DNA from: a virus
Lineage: Duplodnaviria > Caudoviricetes
Direction: 5' to 3' (one strand)
DNA: 31,771 nt
Virus record (IMG/VR): IMGVR_UViG_3300049043_000038
Span: 1-31,771 of that record
Each line of letters starts with the position of its first letter. Positions within the stretch are counted from its first letter, which is position 1. Shown here in pieces: positions 20,186 through 30,762 of this stretch. A program made the position numbers and the translations under genes. The notes beneath the pieces were generated by a model. The model saw only the letters and a list, made by a program, of their open reading frames with translations, ran no database searches and had not been told where the DNA came from.

Positions 20186-20232
20186 CGCCCGTCAAAGTCG
20201 GCGGCACTTGTGAACGCCCGTTAAGCGGCGGC
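20186..20232 (-). promoter_or_regulatory. Tandem GCCGCCG-N-ACGGGCG hairpin motif in the scaffold leader
   Basis: Minus strand gccgccgcttaacgggcg (20215-20232) and gccgccgactttgacgggcg (20186-20205), just upstream of the scaffold RBS. Confidence 0.6.
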
Positions 20233-20249
20233 GGCCCGCATTGTCGTCC

Positions 20250-21063
20250 TCATGACGACAGCAACAGGAGATCGTCCTCGTCTTCGTCTTCCTCTGCCGC
20301 GCGCGCCATGGCTTGGGCCTGAGCCTCTGCCTGACGAATGCGGACCTGGTTGCGGACGAGGCGATAGAAGTCGTTGATCTTGGCCAGTGCGTCGGCTAGC
20401 GCCACACCGGCTTCTGCGTCGAGGCCGGTCGGTGCCAGAGCCAGCGCCTCACGCGCGGCCTGCTTGGCCTCTTCGACCTGCTCGACGATAATGTCAGGCG
20501 CGTCGTCAAATTCGCGCCCAGCACGTCCGCCATGAACTGGCGAACGTCATTGATCTTGTCGCGCCGCTTGTTCCGGCGCTTGTAGGTGTAGGGGTCCCAG
20601 CCGCCCTTGCTGCCGCCCTGATCGACAAACAGTTGTGGCGAGAAGCCTTGAACGGTCGCAAGGCCAGACGCAGACGCCACACTAAGCGACGGCGAGACGC
20701 CGTTGACGGTCGCAAGCCCCGCCGTGGACGCTATGCTGCCCGAAAGGCCGGTGACCGTTGCAAGGCCCGCCGTTCCGGCAGAACTGCCGACAGGCCAGTG
20801 ACGGTGGCAGTACCCGCCGCCGAAGCGACGTTGACCGCGCCAGAGGTTGCCTGCGCCGTAGCAGATCCGGCACTGGCCGCAATGCTGCCCGAGCGGGCCT
20901 GCGCCGTTGCAGCTGCCGGACGCAGCGCCGACATTGGTCGGTGCCTGTTCGGCCACCGAGGCAATGGCCACCGCCGAGAACGGCTGACCGCCCGCAACGT
21001 CCGTGCCGTCGAATGGTTGCCCGGACCCGCCGCTTGCGGGCCAAGCAGCAAGAGTAACGTCAT
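20250..21063 (-). CDS. Virion-associated protein with Ala/Gly/Thr repeats and acidic-Leu C-terminus
   Basis: MTLLLLLG start; repeated (A/S)GLATVxG units; GG..KRRNKRR; ends EEEDEDEDDLLLLSS*. Confidence 0.6.
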
Positions 21064-21076
21064 GTCAGGCTAGACC

Positions 21077-21241
21077 TTAGATAAGGGTCAGAAGCTGGTT
21101 CAGAGTGCCCTGTGTCTCGTCGACGCGGTTGTCGATCTCCGCGATCTGCTCGACGTCACCGAGCGCGACGGCAGAGGTGCGAAGCTGTGTCAGGTGCGCC
21201 AGCCGCGAGCGGCACAGGTCAATCAACTGTTCAACGGTCAT
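21077..21241 (-). CDS. Small helical protein (54 aa)
   Basis: MTVEQLIDLCRSRLAHLTQLRTSAVALGDVEQIAEIDNRVDETQGTLNQLLTLI*, intact frame below the ORF-track size cutoff. Confidence 0.7.
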   Translation of the reverse strand: MTVEQLIDLCRSRLAHLTQLRTSAVALGDVEQIAEIDNRVDETQGTLNQLLTLI

Positions 21242-21242
21242 C

Positions 21243-22685
21243 TTAGATCACCATCTGACGAAGCATGACGTTGCTGTGTTCAGCACCATGTAAAAATATA
21301 GTCGATCTCCGTGGCGCCGTCCTTGTAGGTCACGTCGAAAGCCGTGTCGCCGATAACCGCGGCGCCGTTCGGATAAAGCATGGACGTCCACCGTCCATTG
21401 ATGATTGCGCGAAGTCATACCTGAACCAGCGACCCGTCGCGTCCTTCTGCAGGTAAAGATAATCCTTGTTGTAGGCGTATTTCGTGCCGGTCGTGAATGT
21501 TTCGGTTGCAGGGCATACGTGATTGCCGCCCACGTGTTCCCGGCGATGTCGTAGCGGTGGAGCGCTGCCGCCGCGCCGCCACGGAACGAGTAAATATATC
21601 GCCCGTTTTGAATGGCGCTCTCGTTGGTCCAATCCGTCGCTGAAACGGAGTGAACCCAAGAACCACCGGCTGCCAAGCCGGGAGCCGCCGCCCGCGCCGC
21701 GACAGGCGACAGCGTCGTCCAGGTGTTGCCTGAGACACTGTAGCGGTACATCGTGACCGCCGCGTTGCCCATCAGATACAGGAAGTCGTCATTTCCTTCG
21801 AGGCTGTACTGGCTGGTGGCGTCCGGGTCAGTCGTCCATGCACTGCCGACCGTAATCGACAGTGCCCGTGTTCGACGCCACCGTTCGGATCTGCCCGGCG
21901 CCGGTTCCTGCCGTGATACGGATCTGGTAGTTCGTCCACTGGTTCGTTGTCCACGTCTTGGCCGAATTGGTCAGTGTCGTTGAGGCACCTGCCGTGGCCG
22001 TTCCTGTCGCAAACGACTTGAAGCGCGCTGTCGATCCACGCGGGGTCGGCGCCGAGCATAGCCTTCGTCCGTGCCGAAGGACGCAGGCAAGCCGGTGTTC
22101 GCCAGTGTGACCCAGGTGTTTGTGGCGAAGTCGTACCGCTTGAAGCTGCCTGCGGCCAAGGTACCGCCGCCGAAAGCGCAGAGATACGGCGTCTTCAGAC
22201 TGTAGTACTGGCTCGTTGCGTCGAACGCCACAGCCTCCGCGCTGTCGAATGTTATGACCGCGTTCGCGCCAATGGTGTTACTCGGCAATGGTCTTCAGTT
22301 TGCCTGCGTTCGTGCCGCCCACGAAGTAGACGCTGTAGCCGCGAAGATCGCGCGCGAGCGTCTGGTTGGTCGTGATCGTCGTGGTCGATCCTGCCGTTGC
22401 CGTCAACGACGAGGCCCCCGCCGTCGCGCCGGTCGAGAATGAACCAGCAGTGCCGCACGCCCCAGGCGGCAAAGGTCGCAAGCGCCGGAGCGGAACCGTA
22501 ACCCAGCCGTCTTCACTCGGGTTGTAGAGCTGCGCGTTGGTCGTCGCGGTTACCAGCAACTGCTGCTGCCGGTAGTGGCGCGAGGAAACGATCAGGTGAG
22601 AAGCTGCTGTCGCCTGCGGCGCAGGCGTGCAGAACTCCCACCTTTTCAGGTCGAGGATCTTACGATTACCGTTTGTCGTGGCCAT
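21243..22685 (-). CDS. Kelch/beta-propeller-like virion appendage protein
   Basis: Repeated YNPSEDGW, RYDFATNTW, RYSVSGNTW and RYDIAGNTW blades, plus two inserted TAT.G.TT...AG..(K/R)T.ASNT...DATSQY repeats. Confidence 0.7.
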
Positions 22686-23147
22686 TACGTCACCGCTATG
22701 TTTCTGCGCAGGCTGTCTGCCGCCGAATGCATGAGAGCCGGGATCTGGTCTTGCGCGGCAAAGCCGCCAAGCTGTGATTGGTTCGTCAGCGTCGTCACCG
22801 TTCCGACCGTCGTCACCGTCGCCAGTGTCTGTGTAGCCGCAATCGAAACCGTCGCCGTCAGGTTCGCCGCTGTCGGGTTTTCAGCCAGCACCCGAAGCCT
22901 TCCCGACGTATCCGGCATGGACAAGACCTTGCGTTCGGGTCAGAGACTGCACCGCCATACGCAGGGCTTCAATCGCCTCCAAGAGTTCGCCGCCTTCGGC
23001 TGTAGGCAACGGATTGGCGCTTGAAACGTCGTTTGCCGTCCCGTCCGCGCCGGTCGTGACCTTCACCCGCTGGTAAAGCACGCCACCGATATCGTCGGCG
23101 GCGACCGTCGCCCCGGTTCCGGGCGTGTAACCGATATTGTCAGCCAT
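22685..23147 (-). CDS. Conserved phage structural protein (MADN..YTPGTGATVAAD family)
   Basis: MADNIGYTPGTGATVAADDIGGVLYQRVKV..GADG.ANDVSSANPLP...TLATVTTVGTVTT...LRRNIAVT; TAATG-coupled to the next gene. Confidence 0.7.
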
Positions 23148-23195
23148 TCAACACCTCAATGTCCTGCCGCGCCACCACAATGCGTGTGCCGTTTG

Positions 23196-23336
23196 TTATT
23201 CCTTGTCCTCATGGCGCTGCAATGCTTTCAGCGCGTCCATGGCCTGTGCGACTTCTGCGTAAGGGCGCTGGGCTAGGTAGTTGACCAGGGCCTGCAAGAG
23301 GGTGGCGGGGATGAGGTAGGTGGGTTCTTTGTGCAT
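23196..23336 (-). CDS. Small protein (46 aa), possible fibre chaperone
   Basis: MHKEPTYLIPATLLQALVNYLAQRPYAEVAQAMDALKALQRHEDKE*; the L..RPY.EV motif is typical of small genes after fibres. Confidence 0.6.
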   Translation of the reverse strand: MHKEPTYLIPATLLQALVNYLAQRPYAEVAQAMDALKALQRHEDKE

Positions 23337-23337
23337 G

Positions 23338-25369
23338 TTATGCGCTCGCTATTGTCGTCAAGGTCCCTGATGAGCCTCTATATTTTAGAGCGCCGTTTTC
23401 AACGTACAAAAGCCCGCCGCCCGCCGGGTTTGAACTTGGGGCGGTTCCGTTCGCGATAAACAACACTTTTTCGCCGCCGCCAAAACTTGACCCGTTTAAG
23501 CCGATGTTACCGTTACCAACGATTCGCATACGTTCCATCGAGCCACCGCCTGAACCATTTGTTCTAGCGCCAAAAACCAGCGCGCCTTCGTAGTTTCCTG
23601 AAGTTCCGTTGGACTTGATGCCGCTAATCGCGGCAAGGTCTGCAAAATTGCCGCTTGTGTCATATTTACCCTGGAAAACAACACCGCCGCCGACATTTGC
23701 AGCCATAGCGGTGGTGTCCTGCAAGCGAACGTTAAAGGGGTTGGGACTAAATGCCGTGTCGGACGGGCCGAATATATGCAGTGCAGCTTGCGGAGAGTCA
23801 GTTCCGATCCCAACTTGACCGGCTGCATCGATACCAAAATGGAGAGCTGTCTGGATTAGTGGCGTCCTCAACCACCAATGCTCTGCCAGAGCCTGTCTGC
23901 GTGATGCGAAACGCCGTTGACGAACTGTTCGCTGATATAATTCCGCTGGAAAGGTCAACGGATTTCGCGATGATGTCGCCGTTTTGTTTAACGGAAAACA
24001 CGGTGTTTGCGGCTGAGTCCACGCACACTATCACAGCGTTTGCATCAACGCGGGTGCCGACCCCTTGGAGTTGCAACGCGATTGCGGAGTTTTTGTGTTT
24101 TACCAATACCGGAATCGTCGGCCCGACGCCAGCGCCTGTTGCGTCCGCTTCAATTACGATTGCGCTTTCTACAATAGCGTCGGCGTTAAAAATTGAGCCA
24201 TACAAAAACTTCTGAGGCGAACTGCCCTCTCGGCACATAGTGCGTCCCGCACCAACTATTTGCCGTCCCTCCTGCGCCGATTGTAATCGCATTCGGAAGC
24301 TGTTGCGTCGTCCCAATACTGCGATTGGGAACTGTCGTGTTTGTCGGGGCAGCCCCGTGGTTAAAAGAATTCAATTCCGCGCCAACAACGCAACCCGTGT
24401 TTGCGTACTGTCGCCCTTCCGCGTAAACGCCGAACACCGTGTTTCCGCCATTATCATTGCGTCCGTAGCCAGTTACCCCTGTTGGAAACGAAACTGTAGA
24501 GGCTGAATTTGTGTTGTGCGCGATACCAATAATGGCGTTGTTGTTGCCGCTTGCAAAGGCTTTGAATGTGCCTTCGCCAAAAGCCGGGTATGGGTCAAGC
24601 GTATTGGTGCCAGTAAAATCGGCACCAATGCTAATAAATCGCTTCGATCCGGTAATTGCGGTGTCTGTCTTAAATGTACCCTTGGTAAACAGCACGGGTT
24701 CAGACGTATTAAACGCCTCTTGAATGTCACTAGATGAATCAGTGTTGTTGTTCGCCGCTCCAAAATCGGTTGCAAATATGATTTCTGCGCAACCGGCTCT
24801 CAACGGAGCGCGCATTTGCCGTCCCTGCCTGAAGGAAGGACAGCTTGGTTGCGTCAATGGCGGCAGAGGCGTCTACGTTGGCGTTGACAATGGGAAGGTT
24901 GAGCGTCCGATCCGCGTCCCCCGTCGTGATCGTAAGCGTCCGGTTCGCCGTCAGGTTGGACCCCGGCGCAAGGGTCAGGGAATGGCTGGCGTCGGTATCA
25001 AGGGCGCGCAGGCCCGTGTTGGGGAAGGTGTTCGCTTGCGTCCAGGTATTGGCCTCGCGGATCAGGCCCGACCGACTTGGACGAATTGACGACGAAGATA
25101 TCCTTCGTTCCCGCCGAGAAGCTGACAGCCGCGTCGGAATTGGTGGACAGCAGGACCGAGGTCACCGTGATCTCATTGGTGCCCGAGTTCCACGAACAGT
25201 AGCAGACCTGCCACTCGTTTAGGGTCTGGTGGACAATGGCAACCGGAATATCGACGGAGCCATTCGGGAACTTGGCAAAGCCCAAGTATCCAACAGGCGG
25301 CGTCGTGCTGACAACAAACGGCGATCCCGTGGACGTCGTTGTTGTCCTGATCCGGTCGAATGCGGCCAT
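23338..25369 (-). CDS. Long fibre/spike protein (frameshifted)
   Basis: N-terminal DRI..TTTSTG...EW......[18 protein letters not shown]; neck [25 protein letters not shown]; C-terminal ERMRI.GNGNIG and [31 protein letters not shown]. Confidence 0.75.
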
Positions 25370-25374
25370 GTGGC

Positions 25375-25803
25375 TTAGTCTTCCGTGATCGTGGAGGCGG
25401 TGGTGAGCGTCGGGGTCACGCCGCTGGTGACCGATATGTTTGGGGTGACCGTGCCCTTGTAAAGCAGCTTGCCCGCGCCACTCGTCGCCGTACCGACACC
25501 GAAATGCGTGATCGTCGCCGTGCCGCCAGTACAGGCCGGAAAGGCAATGTTCGCAACCGGGCTGACGCTGTTGCCGGTCACCGTCCAGCCGCCCGCGGTT
25601 CGTGCAACCGACACCCGCGCATAGCTGGTGTAGCTGGTTTCGCTGGTTGTCTGGCTGCCAGCCTCACCCGGATCCGCCGTGTGCAGCGAGACGAACAGGT
25701 TCGTCAGGGGCGACGTCGCCGCGTTGTCAGCCATGTTCGCAATGGCCGTGGCATTGAAGATCAGCTTGAGAAGGTCATTCTCGAAGGTATCACCTTTCGA
25801 CAT
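25375..25803 (-). CDS. Phage fibre/structural protein (LHTADP...YAR family)
   Basis: Intact 142 aa: FENDLLKLIFN...LFVSLHTADPGEAG...SYTSYARVSV...IAFP...ITHFG...LLYKG. Confidence 0.8.
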   Translation of the reverse strand: MSKGDTFENDLLKLIFNATAIANMADNAATSPLTNLFVSLHTADPGEAGSQTTSETSYTSYARVSVARTAGGWTVTGNSVSPVANIAFPACTGGTATITHFGVGTATSGAGKLLYKGTVTPNISVTSGVTPTLTTASTITED

Positions 25804-25827
25804 GAGGCATTCCTTTTCTCGTCAAGT

Positions 25828-28055
25828 TCAGTTGATAATTTCGGTGCGCTTCTCGCCCGTCACCGGATCGCGCACCACACGCCGCGAAGCCCCGGAGGCC
25901 GCCATGGCGTCTTCCATGCTCATGTCGGACACTTCGACCTCGACGCGCTTCTCGCCCGTCAGCGGGTCTTTGACGAGGCGGCGCGGGCTGGCCATGCGCT
26001 TGATCGCCTCGCCCATGATATCGATCTGCCTCTGCACGTTGTCGCCCAAGCCGCTCATGGTCTGCGTGAGTTGCTCAAGCGCAGGCGTCATGCGGACCGG
26101 GATCAAGCCATTGCGCTCGCTCTCGCGGTCCTTCTCAGCTTCGGCGAAGTCGAAGTCCAACTGCTTGGCCTTCAGGCTGAAGTCCAGATCCGCCTGCTTC
26201 TTGCCGCGCTCGACCTCGACAACCTGTTCCGCCTTGCGGGCTTCGACCTGAGCCTGAAGCCGCATGCGCTCCACGTCGTACTTGAACTGCAGGTCGGCAA
26301 GCTGCATGGCCCGTTCGGTCTTGGCCTTGTCGGCCATGTCCTGGCGCTCAAGGTCCATGGCCTTGGCCTGCGCCTGCATTTGCATTTCCTGCTGCTTGAC
26401 CTGAAGCGCCATTTGCGCCTTCGGCCTCTTCCGCCTGCATGGCTGCATTGGGCTGCTGGGCGGCTCTTCTTGCGACTTGCGTAGCTTGTCCAACAGCAGG
26501 CGCTTCTTCGGCAGCGCGCTAGCCTCGATCAGCACGTCGGGCGGGATCGGCATGCCGCCTTGGGCCAGTTCCGCCAGCCGCTGGAATTGCTCTTCAGCAA
26601 TGACCGCCGTGTCCGGCGTGCTGTCGATCACGATGTCGACGTCCATGTCTGCCGGTGCGTTCTGCACCTGCATGACAGGCTGGCCCGTCATGGGGTCCAT
26701 GGTCGGGGTGGGCACGTTCAGGCCCACAAAGCGCGGGGCCATGTTCGTCGTCGGTGACCCTGATCCACTTCGGCTCGTTCCAGAACTGCTTGATTGCGTC
26801 CCAGAACGCCCGGTAGACGCGCAAGCGTCCAGTCGTCAAACTGGCTGAGAAGCGGTGCCTGCTCAGTCAGGCCCGCCTGCTGTTCGGCAAGGATCGCCCT
26901 GCCCGACTGGCCTGACCCACGACCCACAATGCCAGGGGTCGGGCTTTGCCGCTGCATTTCCGCCTTGGCGTCTTGCAAGCAACTGAAGGTGACCGGGCGC
27001 AAGGTTGCGGTCGCCGAGTTCCTCGACTTGACCTTCCCGTGCCTCAATGATCCCGTCAGGCTTGGCCCACTGCATGCGGATCTGGTCAATGTCGATCACG
27101 CCGGGGTCAACCCGGAGCTTGGCGACGTTGAGGATATGCACCGCCTTCGACCGCGCCTTGTTGATCGCGTCCTGCGGCCCCAGCATGTCCCTCGACAACA
27201 CCATACCGGGCATTGTCGATATCGACATACGCCGACTGCGCTACGATCGCGCACTTCGGCTGGCCGGTCTTGCTATCGAGGAACGGGCTGGGGCCGCTTT
27301 CGAGGACGCCCCCGGCCACGAACACGCATTTCTCCCAAGCGCCGCCCTTGCGCTTGTACATTTCGAAAAACATGATCCGGCGCTGCCGGCTGTCGACCCA
27401 CGCCCAGCCGTCCTTCGGTCGGTCGCGAAACGTATCGGTCGCCGACTGTGCCGTGTCGAAACTTAGCCGGATCGTCTCTGCCTGATCGGGGTACAGCTCG
27501 AAAGCGTCCGCCTCGTCGATCCACTTGGCGATGCCCATGAACCGCGCGTCCGAGAAGTCCGTCTCGCGGCTGTAGGGGTCATAAAAGAATTCTTCAGGCC
27601 GGATACGCTTCAGGCCGACTTCGGCACCCTCGCCGACTTCCGTGACGCCGGCGCAAATGCCCCAGACAAGGAAGTCCTTCAGGCAGTCCCGGCGCTTGGA
27701 ATTGAACCGCGTAACGTCCGCCACATAGCGAAGCCCGTCAGTCGCGACTTCGGCGCTGTCCTGGTCCTTCGGGGTCCGGCCCCAGCCCTTCGGGTCTGTC
27801 TTGCCGCGCTCGACAATGCCAATGATCGCGTTGACCGCTGGCTTGATATGGTTGAACGCAAGCGCAGGCTGGCCACGGGACTTCAAGCACCCGGCGCTCT
27901 TCGTCGGTCCACTGGTTTCCGTCGTAGTAGCGTTGCCAGACTTCAGCGTCGCGACGTGCCTTGTCCAGCATGTCCATGGCGACGCTGGCCTTGCGCTTCA
28001 GATCAGCCAGGTAAGCGTCCGCTTCCTTCTGATCTTGCGCTTGATTCTTCGCCAT
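25828..28055 (-). CDS. Portal protein, P22-like
   Basis: YYDGNQWTDEE..VL..RGQPAL.FNHIKPAVNAIIG...FFYDPYSRETDFSDARFMG..KW...RYG.V.DM..PQDAINKARSK...WIRVTDD...DVDIVID..P; long Gln-rich coiled-coil C-terminus. Confidence 0.92.
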
Positions 28056-28612
28056 TAAATAGCCCCGACTTTACGCAACGCCGTCGCAGCCCTCTTCATA
28101 TGCTGCATGGCTTTGCATTCAATTTGACGAACACGGGCTATGCTAACGCCAAACTGTTCGGCGACTTCTTTCAGCTCCAATCCGTGCAACAATCTCAGCC
28201 TGACAACGCGCTCTTGGCGCTCAGACAGTTTTGACTTTTCGAACAGCAAGCGCACGGTTTGTCTTACTTCTTCTCTGCGAATGCTTGCTCGGTCTCTTCA
28301 GACCCCTCTACCAATTCTGACAACTTCAGTGCCGCTTTTTCTTCTGCGGTCAATGGCGACTTCTTCGGCGCAGCCCGGTACTTACCGCTCAACCGAACGA
28401 GCACTTCGCGGCCGGACGTAAACACTCACCAGGCGGCACTTGCCCTTCAAGCGATCCTCAGGCAAATTTCAATGAATAGCGTTTGCCCCCAGTCACTTTC
28501 ACAGGCTGTTCAAGCTCGTAAGTTCCAACAGCGCGCCCTTGCGTCTGCTGAACCCGCGAAACTCTTTGGCGTAGTAAGGCACGCGCACCATTTCGATAAT
28601 TGTTGGCGTCAG
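28055..28612 (-). CDS. Protein with sigma-70 region-4-like HTH at the C-terminus (start uncertain)
   Basis: LSERQERVVRLRLLHGLELKEVAEQFGVSIARVRQIECKAM is a clear sigma region 4 pattern; the upstream part is fragmented by indels. Confidence 0.65.
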
Positions 28613-30018
28613 TGCGGTCTTCCAGCTTTGTCTGTTCGCTATGCTTCGGTGCCGCGTGTAGCGGTCTGGTGGTCGCTTGGCCGCGTCCTTGACGGCGGGC
28701 GTCCACGGGCGCGACTGGCACGCATAGCGCCATTCGTCCGCCGCGTGGTCTTCGCCTTCCGTGTCCACGTCTTCGGGCTTCACGCCGTCATGCTGAAGCG
28801 ACGGTATCGTGCGTATCGAATGCGCACAGGTGTCAAACGTGTAAATCATGGGCCTGTCGTCTTCGCCGATCAGGCGGCTGGTCAACTGAACCCAGCCAGG
28901 TATTCGCTTGTTGTCCGCCTTCTGGCAAAACACCTTCCGGCTTTCGAACATTTCAGCAATGCTCGGCCCGCCGTCCTCAATGAACATGGCCGGATCGACA
29001 ACCGTATAGGCTATCTTTTCGTCTTTCGGCGTCCGCTCGATAATGCCTTGGGCCACGTCTTCAGCCCGCATTTTCAGGCCTACGTTGGGTTCCTTGCAGC
29101 CGTACCACTCGCGGTAACGGACAAGGGCACCCTTCGGTAGAATATGGCTACCGCTTTGACCGTCTCGCCGACTACCGCCCACCAGCCGATGCTGAAGGGT
29201 CTTGCGCTGCCCCAGTCAACAGAACGGAAGCGAAGCCATTGATCCGGGACTGCAAACGGCCTGACAACGTGCTTTGCATGTGTCCGAGGAAGATGCGCCT
29301 TCAACGACGTCCCAATCCCCTTCCAGCCATGCCCGCACAACTGCTTCAGGACCCGCCGACTTCAGGCGGTTGGCGTACTCTGGGTCTGCTGCCGTGAGGA
29401 TCTTGTTGTCAGCGAGCCTGGACGGGACAAACACCCGCGTCTGCCCGCCCTCGTCGTTCAGTATCCTGTACCCAGCCGGGGCCGGGTCGATGTAACGGGC
29501 CTTGACCCACTGGTGCCCCGGACCGCCGGGGTTGGCAGAAGCACGGAAACCGACAGGCACGCCAGACGATGACCGAAGTGTCGCCTTGAGCCGATCAAGG
29601 CCACGCGGGGAAGCCCAATTGGTCAGCTCTTCGCCATATATCCGCGTGTAGCTGTGACCCTGGTACTTCTCCGCGTCGTCTTCCCGCTCAAGCATGCGCG
29701 GAAGTTGATTGTTGCACCGTTGGGGAATACCCAGCGTTTCGCCTGCTCGCTCCATTGAGCGCCAGCAGCGAAATAGATTTCCTTGGACCGCCTGATAGTC
29801 TCTTCAAGCTGCGGCAGTTCCTTACGCAGGAACAGGCCCCTCGCCGCTTCGCCGTATTGCATGGCGTGAAGGAACCAGTCGCCTAAACAGGCGTCCGACT
29901 TGCCGCCGCCTCGCGCCCCACCAAACAGGACGTCGAACACCGGGCAGTTGACGAATGCGTGCTGCGGTCCAGACTGAGGTGCCCAGATTACTCTAACGGC
30001 TGGAACTTGGATGCCCAT
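28609..30018 (-). CDS. terL: Terminase large subunit
   Basis: WAPQSGPQ, Walker A FGGARGGGKS, Walker B region YTRIYGEELT, ASANPGGPGHQWVK, nuclease SVDWGSARPF and EDHAADEWRYAC. Confidence 0.95.
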
Positions 30019-30264
30019 GCTTCCGCTGTCAAAGGCTCTGAGGATACGACCTGAACGCCTATTGGCTGTTCGCCGCCTTCAAGGGTGACTTGGGCCAAAT
30101 CGGGCAATGACTTCTTCAGCAGGATTTCAATGGCCTTCAGCCTAGACGAAGACATTTCCTCGCCTTCGGTAAGTGCGTGTTTCTGCAACACATTGAGCAA
30201 GCTGAGTGGTCTGTATCTTGGCCCTGCATTCGTCTTGGTGCTGAAGCCTTAAACGAGCGGCCAT
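29988..30264 (-). CDS. terS: Terminase small subunit (probable)
   Basis: MAARLRLQHQDECRAKIQTTQL.NVLQKHAL...MSSSRLKAIEILLKKSLPDL; GAAGGAG RBS; overlaps the terL start. Confidence 0.7.
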
Positions 30265-30299
30265 TTCTCCTTCATTTCCATGCTTCGTCGTCTCGCTGA

Positions 30300-30652
30300 T
30301 CACGCGACATAATGTTGCGCAATGCCGGTTTCAGAGCGGGGCTGGATATAGATTCCGAACGGCTTCCGTATCGCCCGCGCTCGTCGTGACCTTGAGGTCC
30401 AGGTAGCCCTTGCCGCTCGAGCCGCTGAATGATCCGGGTCGTTGTGTTGCTGGTGTTCGTGACCGTCAGGCCCTTCGGGGTCCGGGTCACGGTGCTGATG
30501 GTGGCGGTGCCAAGGTACGGGGCCATGTCGATTGTGTACGTCAGGGCGTCGTCGTCGTCTTGGTAGGCCATGAATTCTTGAAGGCTTAGGGCCGACACGC
30601 CACGGACTGCATGTCGCTTGTTTTCTGCAAGGACAATGGTGCGGTCGGGCAT
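30300..30652 (-). CDS. Gp77-like fibre/tail adaptor protein
   Basis: QDDDDALTYTIDMAPYLGTATISTV...GLTVTNTSNTTT...L.G.GYLDLKVTTSAGDT... Confidence 0.55.
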
Positions 30653-30663
30653 GTTGGGCCTCG

Positions 30664-30701
30664 AAAAACGCGCGCCAGCGTCCCGAAAGACAGGGCGCGC
30701 G
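30664..30701 (-). terminator. Intrinsic terminator ahead of the first late gene
   Basis: Minus strand CGCGCGCC-ctgtctttcgggacgct-GGCGCGCG followed by TTTTT. Confidence 0.65.
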
Positions 30702-30762
30702 CTTAAAGTTTCGTAACGGAGGAAGAGAAGCGAGTAGCGCGAATCAGAACGAAGTTCCGGCG

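Noticed and set aside
7098-25803. Diversity-generating retroelement or invertible cassette acting on the many fibre genes
   Set aside because: No reverse transcriptase, linked invertase or template/variable repeat pair was seen by eye.
25360-26484. Long plus-strand ORFs (374 aa here; also 1112-2029, 12762-13586, 28259-29140)
   Set aside because: Antisense shadows of well-supported minus-strand genes in GC-rich DNA, with no recognisable motifs.
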